Positions 44,633 to 51,377 of a stretch of 64,000 nucleotides of DNA are shown piece by piece. The notes below the pieces were generated by a model. That model ran no database searches, was not told the origin of the DNA, and was given only the letters and a program-made list of their open reading frames with translations. The DNA is taken from the NCBI GenBank assembly GCA_036379595.1, contig DASVGI010000084.1, forward strand, positions 2,203 through 66,202, written 5' to 3'. Each line of letters begins with the position of its first letter. Within the stretch, counting starts at the first letter, position 1. The translations under genes and the position numbers were made by a program. Origin of the DNA: Casimicrobiaceae bacterium (GTDB lineage: Bacteria > Pseudomonadota > Gammaproteobacteria > Burkholderiales > Casimicrobiaceae).

Positions 44633-45097
44633 ATGCCGCGCCCGCTTTCGCTCGCCATGGCCGCCCTCGCACTCGTCTTCGGCGCGGCAGGCCCCGCCGG
44701 GGCCGCTGTGTACAAGTGGACCGACGCGCAGGGTCACGTCGTCTATTCTGATCAACCGCCGCCGACGAGCATCAAGTCGGAGCAATTGCGTGCACCGCCG
44801 CCGCCCGCCAACCCGAATGCCGCGAAAGAGCTCGCGCAGGAGGAAGCCGCCTACCGCAAGCACGTCACCGACGAGGCCACCGCGCGCGCGACGGCGGCCA
44901 GGGCCCGCGCCGCCGAAGCCGATCGAGCGCATGGCTGCGAGCTGGCGAAAGCGAACCTCTTGCAGCTCGCCGACCAATCGACGCCGATCGCGCGCTACGG
45001 TGCCGACGGTCAGCGAAGCACGATGAGCGATGCCGCCCGCGCACAGGAGCGTGAGCGCCTCACCGCGTGGATGCGCGACAACAAGTGCCCGGGCTGA
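44633..45097 (+). CDS. DUF4124 domain-containing periplasmic protein
   Basis: Part of ORF 44519..45097, starting at [24 protein letters not shown] (signal peptide). This is followed by [18 protein letters not shown], the DUF4124 hallmark. Confidence 0.7.
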   Translation: MPRPLSLAMAALALVFGAAGPAGAAVYKWTDAQGHVVYSDQPPPTSIKSEQLRAPPPPANPNAAKELAQEEAAYRKHVTDEATARATAARARAAEADRAHGCELAKANLLQLADQSTPIARYGADGQRSTMSDAARAQERERLTAWMRDNKCPG

Positions 45098-45121
45098 GGG
45101 CCGGCACGAGCCCGAGCTTCG

Positions 45122-45964
45122 TCAGCCGCCGTTCTCTTTGGTTACGACGATTTCCAGGTACTCGCCCGGCACGACCAGCGACGCGCTCCCGGCCGTGTTC
45201 GACTCGTCGAGCAGCGCGATGAGGTCGCGTTCGAGCGCGCCTTGACGCGCCGTGTCGAGGGCTGCGAAGGCCTTGTGCGTCGGCCCATAGTAGTCGCGGA
45301 ACACCTGCACCCAGTGCGCGGGAGAGCGATAGCGGAAATTGAAGACCCGGCGCTCGGCGCGGATGCGTGCGGCCTCGGTGCCGAAGAGCCCGGCGACATG
45401 CGCTTCGCTCCCCCACAGCGCGGGCGACACGAGACCCGCCGGCGGCGGCACGTGCGCACCGACGACCTTGAATAGCCGGCCGATGAAACCTGCGGGGGTC
45501 CAGTTGGCCATGCCGATTCGACCGCCGGGCCGCAGCACCCGCATCATTTCGCGCGCCGTCCGCTGCTGGTCCGGTGCAAACATCGCGCCGAAGGTCGACA
45601 CCACGACGTCGAAGCTGCCGTCCGCGAACGGCAGGTCCTCCACATCGGCTTCGAGGAACCGCACCTCGAGCCCATCGGCCTGTGCGCGGGCGCGGCCCTT
45701 GTCGAGCAGCGCGGGCACGTAGTCGGTCGACGTGACTCTTGCAAAGCGGCGTGCGGCGGCCAGCGTAGCGTTGCCATTGCCGGCGGCGACGTCGAGCACG
45801 CGCTCGTCGGCGCGTACCTCCGCCGCCTCGGCCAGCGACTCGCCGACGATCTGCAGCGTGACTCCGACGATGGCGAAATCGCCACTTGCCCAGGTGGACT
45901 GCTGGCGCTGCTTGATGGTCGCATAGCTGGACGCGGCGGCCGTGGATTCTTGCATGACGATCAT
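45122..45964 (-). CDS. class I SAM-dependent methyltransferase
   Basis: Part of ORF 45122..46333. Motif I is VLDVAAGNGN, with post-I/II FLEADVEDLPFADGSFDVVVS. The start is taken at MIVMQEST (GGAG 6 nt upstream). Alternative starts lie at 45955 and 45976. Confidence 0.8.
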   Translation of the reverse strand: MIVMQESTAAASSYATIKQRQQSTWASGDFAIVGVTLQIVGESLAEAAEVRADERVLDVAAGNGNATLAAARRFARVTSTDYVPALLDKGRARAQADGLEVRFLEADVEDLPFADGSFDVVVSTFGAMFAPDQQRTAREMMRVLRPGGRIGMANWTPAGFIGRLFKVVGAHVPPPAGLVSPALWGSEAHVAGLFGTEAARIRAERRVFNFRYRSPAHWVQVFRDYYGPTHKAFAALDTARQGALERDLIALLDESNTAGSASLVVPGEYLEIVVTKENGG

Positions 45965-45992
45965 CGTGGACTCCATCGAGGTCGAAAGAGGT

Positions 45993-46373
45993 TCAGTGCC
46001 GGGCGCGCAACTCGTGCAGGTCATCGCCGCGAGCGAGCTGCTGCGCGAGAAATGACAACTCGGTCCAGTGATGGATACCGAGGTCGCGCAGGACGCGATC
46101 GTCGAGCGCTGCGAGTTCGCGATGGATCGCCCGCGCGTCGACGTCGCGGCGATAGCGCTCGTGCCAGCCGCGCACCCGCCCGGCAATCCCGCGGATGACC
46201 GACGCGACGAGAGCGCCGATGACGCGCGAGCGATGTCGGCGCGCCGCCGCATGGAGCGACTGGCTGTCGAGCGCGACGGCGTCGGCCGGCTGAACGAGGC
46301 CGGCATCGCCGCAGCCGCCGGCGCCGGGAGCATCGGCGACGTGCACCAGAACGTCGCTGTGCAGAGTGTCCAT
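45993..46373 (-). CDS. DUF1127-like domain protein (C-terminal) with a long N-terminal extension
   Basis: C-terminal 126 codons of ORF 45993..46928, starting at MDTLHS (GGAG 8 nt upstream). The segment RRDVDARAIHRELAALDDRVLRDLGI matches my memory of the DUF1127 pattern. Confidence 0.55.
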   Translation of the reverse strand: MDTLHSDVLVHVADAPGAGGCGDAGLVQPADAVALDSQSLHAAARRHRSRVIGALVASVIRGIAGRVRGWHERYRRDVDARAIHRELAALDDRVLRDLGIHHWTELSFLAQQLARGDDLHELRARH

Positions 46374-46395
46374 GTCGTTGGCTCCGATGTGGGTG

Positions 46396-46479
46396 TGCAT
46401 GGAGCGCATCATCGGGGTGCGCGGTAACCGCCGGTTGTCCGGTGCGGCACGCTTTGTTGCGGGTTTGTAGCGGCGCGGC
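46396..46479 (-). promoter_or_regulatory. conserved leader/operator element, copy A (upstream of the DUF1127 gene)
   Basis: The minus strand reads GCCGCGCCGCTACAAACCCGCAACAAAGCGTGCCGCACCGGACAACCGGCGGTTAC...ATGATGCGCTCCATGCA. About 73 of 84 positions are identical to copy B by hand alignment. The function is unknown. Confidence 0.6.
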
Positions 46480-46527
46480 TCTCGATGCGACCGGAAAGCG
46501 CCGACGGCGGGCGCCTTTGCGATTCGG

Positions 46528-46564
46528 TAACAAACGTGCCACGCCGCGGACACGCGGCGGTTAC
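46528..46564 (+). promoter_or_regulatory. conserved leader/operator element, diverged copy C (upstream of DUF2917-MAPEG)
   Basis: TAACAAACGTGCCACGCCGCGGACACGCGGCGGTTAC. The flanks (AACAAA.CGTGCC and GGTTAC) match copies A and B. The internal hairpin is retained with a different stem sequence. Confidence 0.5.
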
Positions 46565-46613
46565 GTCGTTCCCTCAGACTACGTTCTGTGCATCCCAGCC
46601 AGGGGAGACGACA

Positions 46614-46931
46614 ATGGTGCGCGACGAATACGTGATCGACGACGTTCTTCCGCTCGCGGGTAGCAAGGTGCTGCGCATCGTCGACGGCTGCAACCTGCTG
46701 ATCCACGTCTGGCAAGGCTCGCTCTGGATCACCCAGGAGGGCGACCGGCGCGACATCGTGCTCGCGGCGGGCGAGTCGTTTCGCCTCGACCGCAACGGAG
46801 TCATGCTGGCGAGGGCCTGGGGCGACACCGTGCTCGCGCTGGCTTCGCCACGCGGTGCCCGTCTTTCGCGAGATATCAGCGCGCGGACGGAGCCGCCGCA
46901 CACCAGCCTCGAGTGCGCACGCACGCAATGA
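46614..46931 (+). CDS. DUF2917-like small protein
   Basis: Part of ORF 46485..46931, starting at MVRDEYVIDD (AGGGGAG RBS). The segment LLIHVWQGSLWITQEGDRRDIVLAAGESF fits my memory of DUF2917. It overlaps the next gene by ATGA. Confidence 0.5.
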   Translation: MVRDEYVIDDVLPLAGSKVLRIVDGCNLLIHVWQGSLWITQEGDRRDIVLAAGESFRLDRNGVMLARAWGDTVLALASPRGARLSRDISARTEPPHTSLECARTQ

Positions 46932-47365
46932 GCGTTACGGCGATGACGATACCGATCTGGATGTTGCTCGGGTTCGCAACGTGGACATTGCTGCTGCTGA
47001 TCGCCTTCGTCGGCGTGTATCGATGGTTCAATATCCTGTTCCGCCACGCCGGCGTCGCCTCGTTCTCCGGCGATCGGCTCGAGGGAGAGGATTGGTATCG
47101 CCGCGGAACACGAGCCCACGCGAACTGCGTCGAAAATCTGCCGGTATTCGGCGCGATCGTGTTCGCGATCACCGCCATCGGGCCCACCGGCCCCGTCGTC
47201 GATCGCTTGTGCATTGCTGTCCTGGTCGCTCGCGTTTGTCAGTCCCTCGTCCACGTGTCCCACGCGCAGACCAACGCGTTCGTCGCCGTACGATTCTCGT
47301 TCTTCTCGGTTCAGCTGGTCTGCTTTCTCGCGCTCGTTGTCATGGTCGCCTTGCGCGGTGTGTGA
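46928..47365 (+). CDS. MAPEG family membrane protein
   Basis: ORF 46913..47365, with the start at MSVTAMTIPIWMLL. It has four hydrophobic helices and the family motif RAHANCVENLPVF. Confidence 0.7.
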   Translation: MSVTAMTIPIWMLLGFATWTLLLLIAFVGVYRWFNILFRHAGVASFSGDRLEGEDWYRRGTRAHANCVENLPVFGAIVFAITAIGPTGPVVDRLCIAVLVARVCQSLVHVSHAQTNAFVAVRFSFFSVQLVCFLALVVMVALRGV

Positions 47366-47404
47366 CTTCGGGCGATTCGAGGAAGCTCGCGTACACCCGG
47401 TCAT

Positions 47405-47435
47405 CTGACGTGCATCGCGCATCCGTACGTATAAT
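47405..47435 (+). promoter_or_regulatory. putative sigma70-type promoter in front of the response regulator gene
   Basis: A perfect TATAAT lies at 47430..47435. CTGACG/TGACGT lies at 47405..47411 (spacer 18-19 nt). The site is about 29 nt upstream of ATG 47464. Confidence 0.35.
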
Positions 47436-47463
47436 CGGTGCGTCGCCCGGGAGGATGCCCGCG

Positions 47464-48171
47464 ATGGCCAGATCGACGCGTGTGCTGATCGTGGAAGACG
47501 ACGCCGACGTGCGCAACTCGATGGCCGAGTACCTGGCGTCGCACGGCTACGAGGTCGATGCCGCCGAAGGGGGCGACGCCATGCGCGCCGCACTGGCGAG
47601 GAACGTGCCGCAGCTCGTGCTGCTCGATCTGAAGCTGCCGGGAGAGGACGGCCTCAGCCTGGCTCGCAGCCTGCGCGAGCGGCACGATCTGGCCATCATC
47701 ATGGTGACCGCGGCCGACTCGGTGATCGACCGGGTGGTCGGCCTGGAGGTCGGCGCCGACGACTACATCGCCAAGCCCTTCGACCTGCGCGAGCTGCTGG
47801 CTCGCGTGAAGAGCGTGCTGCGCCGCGCGCAGCCCGGCCCCGGCGGAACGGCTGTGGCGACGCGCACGATCAGCGTGGGCGGTTGCGCGCTCGATCTCGG
47901 TGCGCATCGGCTGCTCGACGCTGCGGGTGCCGAGGTCCCGCTGACGAGCATGGAGTTCGATCTGCTGCGCGCGTTCGTCGAGAACCCGAACCAGGTGCTG
48001 TCGCGCGACCGGCTGCTCAACCTCACGCGCAACCGCGACTGGGAGCCGTTCGACCGGTCGATCGACATCCGCATCGCACGCCTGCGCCGCAAGCTCGGCG
48101 ACGATCCCGACAAGCCGCGGCTCATCAAGACGGTGCGCGGCGCCGGCTACTGCTACGTGCCGGCCAGGTGA
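47464..48171 (+). CDS. OmpR/PhoB-family response regulator
   Basis: Part of ORF 46855..48171, starting at MARSTRVLIVEDD. The receiver domain shows LVLLDLKLPGEDG and the winged-helix output shows LTSMEFDLLRAF and IKTVRGAGY. Confidence 0.9.
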   Translation: MARSTRVLIVEDDADVRNSMAEYLASHGYEVDAAEGGDAMRAALARNVPQLVLLDLKLPGEDGLSLARSLRERHDLAIIMVTAADSVIDRVVGLEVGADDYIAKPFDLRELLARVKSVLRRAQPGPGGTAVATRTISVGGCALDLGAHRLLDAAGAEVPLTSMEFDLLRAFVENPNQVLSRDRLLNLTRNRDWEPFDRSIDIRIARLRRKLGDDPDKPRLIKTVRGAGYCYVPAR

Positions 48172-48178
48172 TCGACGC

Positions 48179-50236
48179 GTGAAGTCGCACGAGCCGAACC
48201 GTACCCAGGAGGTGCTGCGCAACGCGGCGCTCGCGGTATCGACTGCCGCCGGCGAGGGTGTGTTCCGCGAGCTGGTGCGTGCGCTCGCGGCGATCCTGGA
48301 CGTCGACATCGCATTCATCGCATTGCCCAAGTCCGGCGACGCGGGCACGCTCAGGATGCTCGCCTTTTACGCCGACGACCGGATGATCGACGATGTCGAG
48401 TACCCGATTGCCGGTACGCCCTGCGAGACGGTGATCGGCAAGGAATTCCGCTGCTACCCCTTCGGGCTGCAAGGACGCTTTCCCCTCGGCGCGAGCTTTG
48501 CCGAGCTGGGAATCGACGGCTACGCCGGATACCCGCTCACCGACGCCCGTGGCGAGGCTGCCGGATTGATGGTGGTTGCCGTGCGGCGCCCGATCACCGA
48601 GCCGGAACTTGTCGAATCGGTGCTCAAGATCTTCGCCGCGCGCGCGATGGTCGAGCTCGAACGGCAGCGCGCGGAAGCGGCGCTGCGCGCGAGCGAGGCG
48701 CAGTATCGCGCGATCTTCAACGCTTCGGAGGACGCGCTGATCCTATGGGACTCGACGCTGCGGCGAGTCGACGTCAACCCGGCCTACGAGCGCCTGTATG
48801 GATGGACGCGCGAGGAGGTGCTCGGGCGCGGGTACGAGACGCTCGACGTGCCCATGGACTATGCCGAGCCGCGCCTCGACCTCGTGCGGCGCACGCTCGC
48901 CGGCGAGACCTGCCGCGTCGAGATCGAATCGCTGCGCAAGAACGGCGGGCGCTTCCAGGCGGATATCCGCACGATCGCAGTAGCGCATCGCGGCGCACCG
49001 CACGTGCTGGCGATCGTGCGCGACATCACTGCGCGCAAGCAGGCCGAGACGCGCCATCGCGAGCTCGAGACACAGCTCCGGCAGGCGCAGAAGATGGAGG
49101 CGATCGGCCATCTCACCGGTGGCATTGCGCACGACTTCAACAACATTCTCACCGGCATCATGGGCTACCTCACGCTTGCGAGCGAGCGCGAGGCGGCGAA
49201 CAGCGACGCCAGGCTCGCGCGCCACCTGCAGCAGGCGCAGCACGGCGCGACGCGCGCCAGGGAGCTCATCCAGCAGATGCTCGCGTTCAGCCGCGCACAG
49301 AGAGGCAAGCCGCGGGCGGTGTCGCTCGCGCCGCTCGCCGAGGAGGCGATCGAGCTGCTTTGCCCGTCGCTGCCCGCCACGGTCGAGCTGCACACCGCAC
49401 TCGAACAGGACCTGCCCGCCGTGATGATCGACCCCGTGCAGGTCGAGCAGATTCTCCTCAACCTGTGCATCAACGCGCGCGACGCGATGGACGGCGCGGG
49501 AAAGATCGCGGTCGGTGTGCGCCTCGCCGCGCACGGTCCAGGGCCGCGCTGCACCTCGTGCCGGAAGCCTGCCGACGGGCGCTACGTCGAGCTCGCGGTT
49601 TCCGATACCGGGCCGGGCATCGCACCGCAGGTGCTGGAACGCATGTTCGAGCCCTTCTTCAGCACCAAGGAGGTCGGGCGCGGCAGCGGCATGGGACTCG
49701 CCATGGTGCACGGCATCGTGCATGAGCACGGCGGCCACGTGGTGGTCGAAACATCCGTCGGCAAGGGCGCGACTTTCCGCGTGCTGCTGCCGGTGCTCGA
49801 AGGCAGCCCCGAGATTGCCGCAGCGCAGTCGCCTGGAGCGCAGCGCGCGAAGCCGCTGCGCGATACGCTCGACGGACGTGTGCTGCTCGTCGACGACGAG
49901 CAGCTGGTCGGCGAGTTCATGGCCGAGCTGCTCGGGGGCTGGGGACTCGAGGTCACGGTGCAGCGCGATCCGGTCGAAGGCAGGCGCTGGCTCGCCGAAG
50001 ACCCCGCGCGAGTCGACCTGGTGCTCACCGACCAGACGATGCCGAAAATGACCGGCCTCGAGCTCGCGCGGTGCGTCGCCGCGTTACGGCCCGGGCTGCC
50101 GGTGATCCTGTACAGCGGCTACGCCGAAAACATCGGCGCCGAGGAGCTCGCGCAGAGCGGTGTGCGCGTGCTGCTCGCCAAGCCGGTCGAGCCCGATCTG
50201 TTGTTCGCCGCACTCGCCGAGGCGCTGCGCGCCTAG
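48179..50236 (+). CDS. soluble hybrid sensor histidine kinase (GAF-PAS-HisKA-HATPase-REC)
   Basis: ORF 48179..50236 (685 aa, GTG start). There is no TM segment. It has a GAF-like N-terminus, a PAS domain (YRAIFNASEDALILWD...IVRDITARKQAE), the H-box GGIAHDFNNIL, N/G boxes (NLCINARDAM, DTGPGI, GSGMGLAMV) and a C-terminal receiver (LVLTDQTMPKMTG). Confidence 0.9.
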   Translation: MKSHEPNRTQEVLRNAALAVSTAAGEGVFRELVRALAAILDVDIAFIALPKSGDAGTLRMLAFYADDRMIDDVEYPIAGTPCETVIGKEFRCYPFGLQGRFPLGASFAELGIDGYAGYPLTDARGEAAGLMVVAVRRPITEPELVESVLKIFAARAMVELERQRAEAALRASEAQYRAIFNASEDALILWDSTLRRVDVNPAYERLYGWTREEVLGRGYETLDVPMDYAEPRLDLVRRTLAGETCRVEIESLRKNGGRFQADIRTIAVAHRGAPHVLAIVRDITARKQAETRHRELETQLRQAQKMEAIGHLTGGIAHDFNNILTGIMGYLTLASEREAANSDARLARHLQQAQHGATRARELIQQMLAFSRAQRGKPRAVSLAPLAEEAIELLCPSLPATVELHTALEQDLPAVMIDPVQVEQILLNLCINARDAMDGAGKIAVGVRLAAHGPGPRCTSCRKPADGRYVELAVSDTGPGIAPQVLERMFEPFFSTKEVGRGSGMGLAMVHGIVHEHGGHVVVETSVGKGATFRVLLPVLEGSPEIAAAQSPGAQRAKPLRDTLDGRVLLVDDEQLVGEFMAELLGGWGLEVTVQRDPVEGRRWLAEDPARVDLVLTDQTMPKMTGLELARCVAALRPGLPVILYSGYAENIGAEELAQSGVRVLLAKPVEPDLLFAALAEALRA

Positions 50237-50257
50237 CAGTTCCCGGCCGCATCCGCG

Positions 50258-50341
50258 GCCGCGCCGATACAAACCCGCAACGAAGCGTGCCGCGCCGGAC
50301 ATCCGGCGGTTACTTCACGCCGCCATGATGCGCTCCGTGCA
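50258..50341 (+). promoter_or_regulatory. conserved leader/operator element, copy B (upstream of the di-iron protein gene)
   Basis: GCCGCGCCGATACAAACCCGCAACGAAGCGTGCCGCGCCGGACATCCGGCGGTTAC...ATGATGCGCTCCGTGCA. It is the inverted partner of copy A, about 3.8 kb away. Confidence 0.6.
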
Positions 50342-50380
50342 ACGCGCGGTACGTTCATCCACCAACCACGGAGCATCACC

Positions 50381-51316
50381 ATGCAAACGCAGATGCAGGA
50401 AGCGAGCAGCAAGCGTTACGCGAAGGCGATCGAGGTCTCGAAGCGCGTGCGGTTCGAGATCGAGCGCGATGTCATTCGCGGCCGCAGATTCGACTTCGCG
50501 GAGAAGTTCCTGCCCGACGGACTGTCCAGGATCGGGCGGCTCGAGTTCCTGGGCGAAACCGAGAGGCGCCTTGTAAGCCAGATCCAGGGGCGCACGTACG
50601 CCAACATGTTCGGGCTGGTCGAGCGCTTCATTGCGCCGATGATGTCCGAAGTGAGCCGCGACCACTGGCTTGGCGATCAGGTCGCCTACGAGGCGCTGGT
50701 GCGCTTCACCGACGAGGAGCTGAAGCACCAGGAGATGTTCCGCAGGATCGACGCGCTATGCGCCGAGGGCATGCCGGCCGGCTACACGTTCCTGCCCCGG
50801 CCGAACGACGTCGCCGGCGTGGTGCTCGGCAAGCCCACCTGGTCAGTGCTGGCGCTCATCTGCCACATCGAGCTGTTCGTGCTGGCGCACTACCGCCAGG
50901 CGATCGAGCCCGATGCCGAGCTCTCCGAGCTGTGGAAGGACGTGTTCACCTTCCACGCGCGCGAGGAGTCGCAGCATGCGATCGTCGACGAGCTCGAGTG
51001 GCAGCGGGAGAACGCGAAGCTCGATGCGGAGCAGCGCGACAGAGCGGTCGACGAGCTGATCGCGCTCGTGGCGGCCGTGGACGGCATCCTGCAGATGCAG
51101 GCGAAGGCCGATACCGATTACTTCCTGCGCGTTGCCGGGCGTCCGTTCGACCACGCTCAGGTCGAGGTGATCGGCGCGACGTTCCTCGCCGCCTACCGCT
51201 GGCAGTACATCGTCTCCGGTGTCGAGGACGAGCGCTTCCAGAAGATCCTCGGCGGCATGATCACGGCGGTGCAGTTCGAGCGCATCGGTGCCGCGCTCGC
51301 GCCGATCATGGCCTAG
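50381..51316 (+). CDS. ferritin-like di-iron carboxylate protein (AurF-like di-iron oxygenase family)
   Basis: ORF 50381..51316 (311 aa). It is all-helical and has two E..ExxH-type motifs (RFTDEELKHQ and HAREESQHA) at the spacing expected of a four-helix-bundle di-iron site. The family call is tentative. Confidence 0.6.
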   Translation: MQTQMQEASSKRYAKAIEVSKRVRFEIERDVIRGRRFDFAEKFLPDGLSRIGRLEFLGETERRLVSQIQGRTYANMFGLVERFIAPMMSEVSRDHWLGDQVAYEALVRFTDEELKHQEMFRRIDALCAEGMPAGYTFLPRPNDVAGVVLGKPTWSVLALICHIELFVLAHYRQAIEPDAELSELWKDVFTFHAREESQHAIVDELEWQRENAKLDAEQRDRAVDELIALVAAVDGILQMQAKADTDYFLRVAGRPFDHAQVEVIGATFLAAYRWQYIVSGVEDERFQKILGGMITAVQFERIGAALAPIMA

Positions 51317-51347
51317 CGCGATCGACGGTCGGCACGCGACACGCGAG

Positions 51348-51376
51348 CCGCGCCGCGCGTGATCCGCGCGGCGCGG
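51348..51376. terminator. GC-rich stem-loop between convergent genes (putative bidirectional terminator)
   Basis: CCGCGCCGCGCG (51348..51359), a TGATC loop, then CGCGCGGCGCGG (51365..51376). This is a 12-bp perfect stem between the di-iron gene stop (51316) and the ppiD stop (51378). There is no clear U-tract. Confidence 0.5.
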
Positions 51377-51377
51377 A

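Noticed and set aside
46401-46412. The conserved ATGATGCGCTCC in leader copies A and B could be the start of a conserved small ORF (MMRS...).
   Set aside because: After four codons the two reading frames diverge completely (MMRSMHTHIGAND.. versus MMRSVQRAVRSS..). In copy B the frame runs out of phase over the di-iron gene, and copy C lacks the ATGATG. The conservation is therefore at the nucleotide level, not the peptide level.
46446-46460. A sigma54-like sequence (GGCACG CTTTG TTGC) lies on the strand opposite to the leader elements. It is also present as GGCACGCTTCGTTGC in copy B and as TGGCACGTTTGTTAC in copy C.
   Set aside because: In copies A and B the GG-to-GC spacing is one nucleotide longer than the strict TGGCAC-N5-TTGC geometry. 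In copy C the spacing fits but the -12 GC is replaced by AC. In copy B the motif would fire antisense into the 3' end of the kinase gene. No sigma54-type AAA+ activator is nearby. I kept it only as an alternative that TSS mapping would settle.
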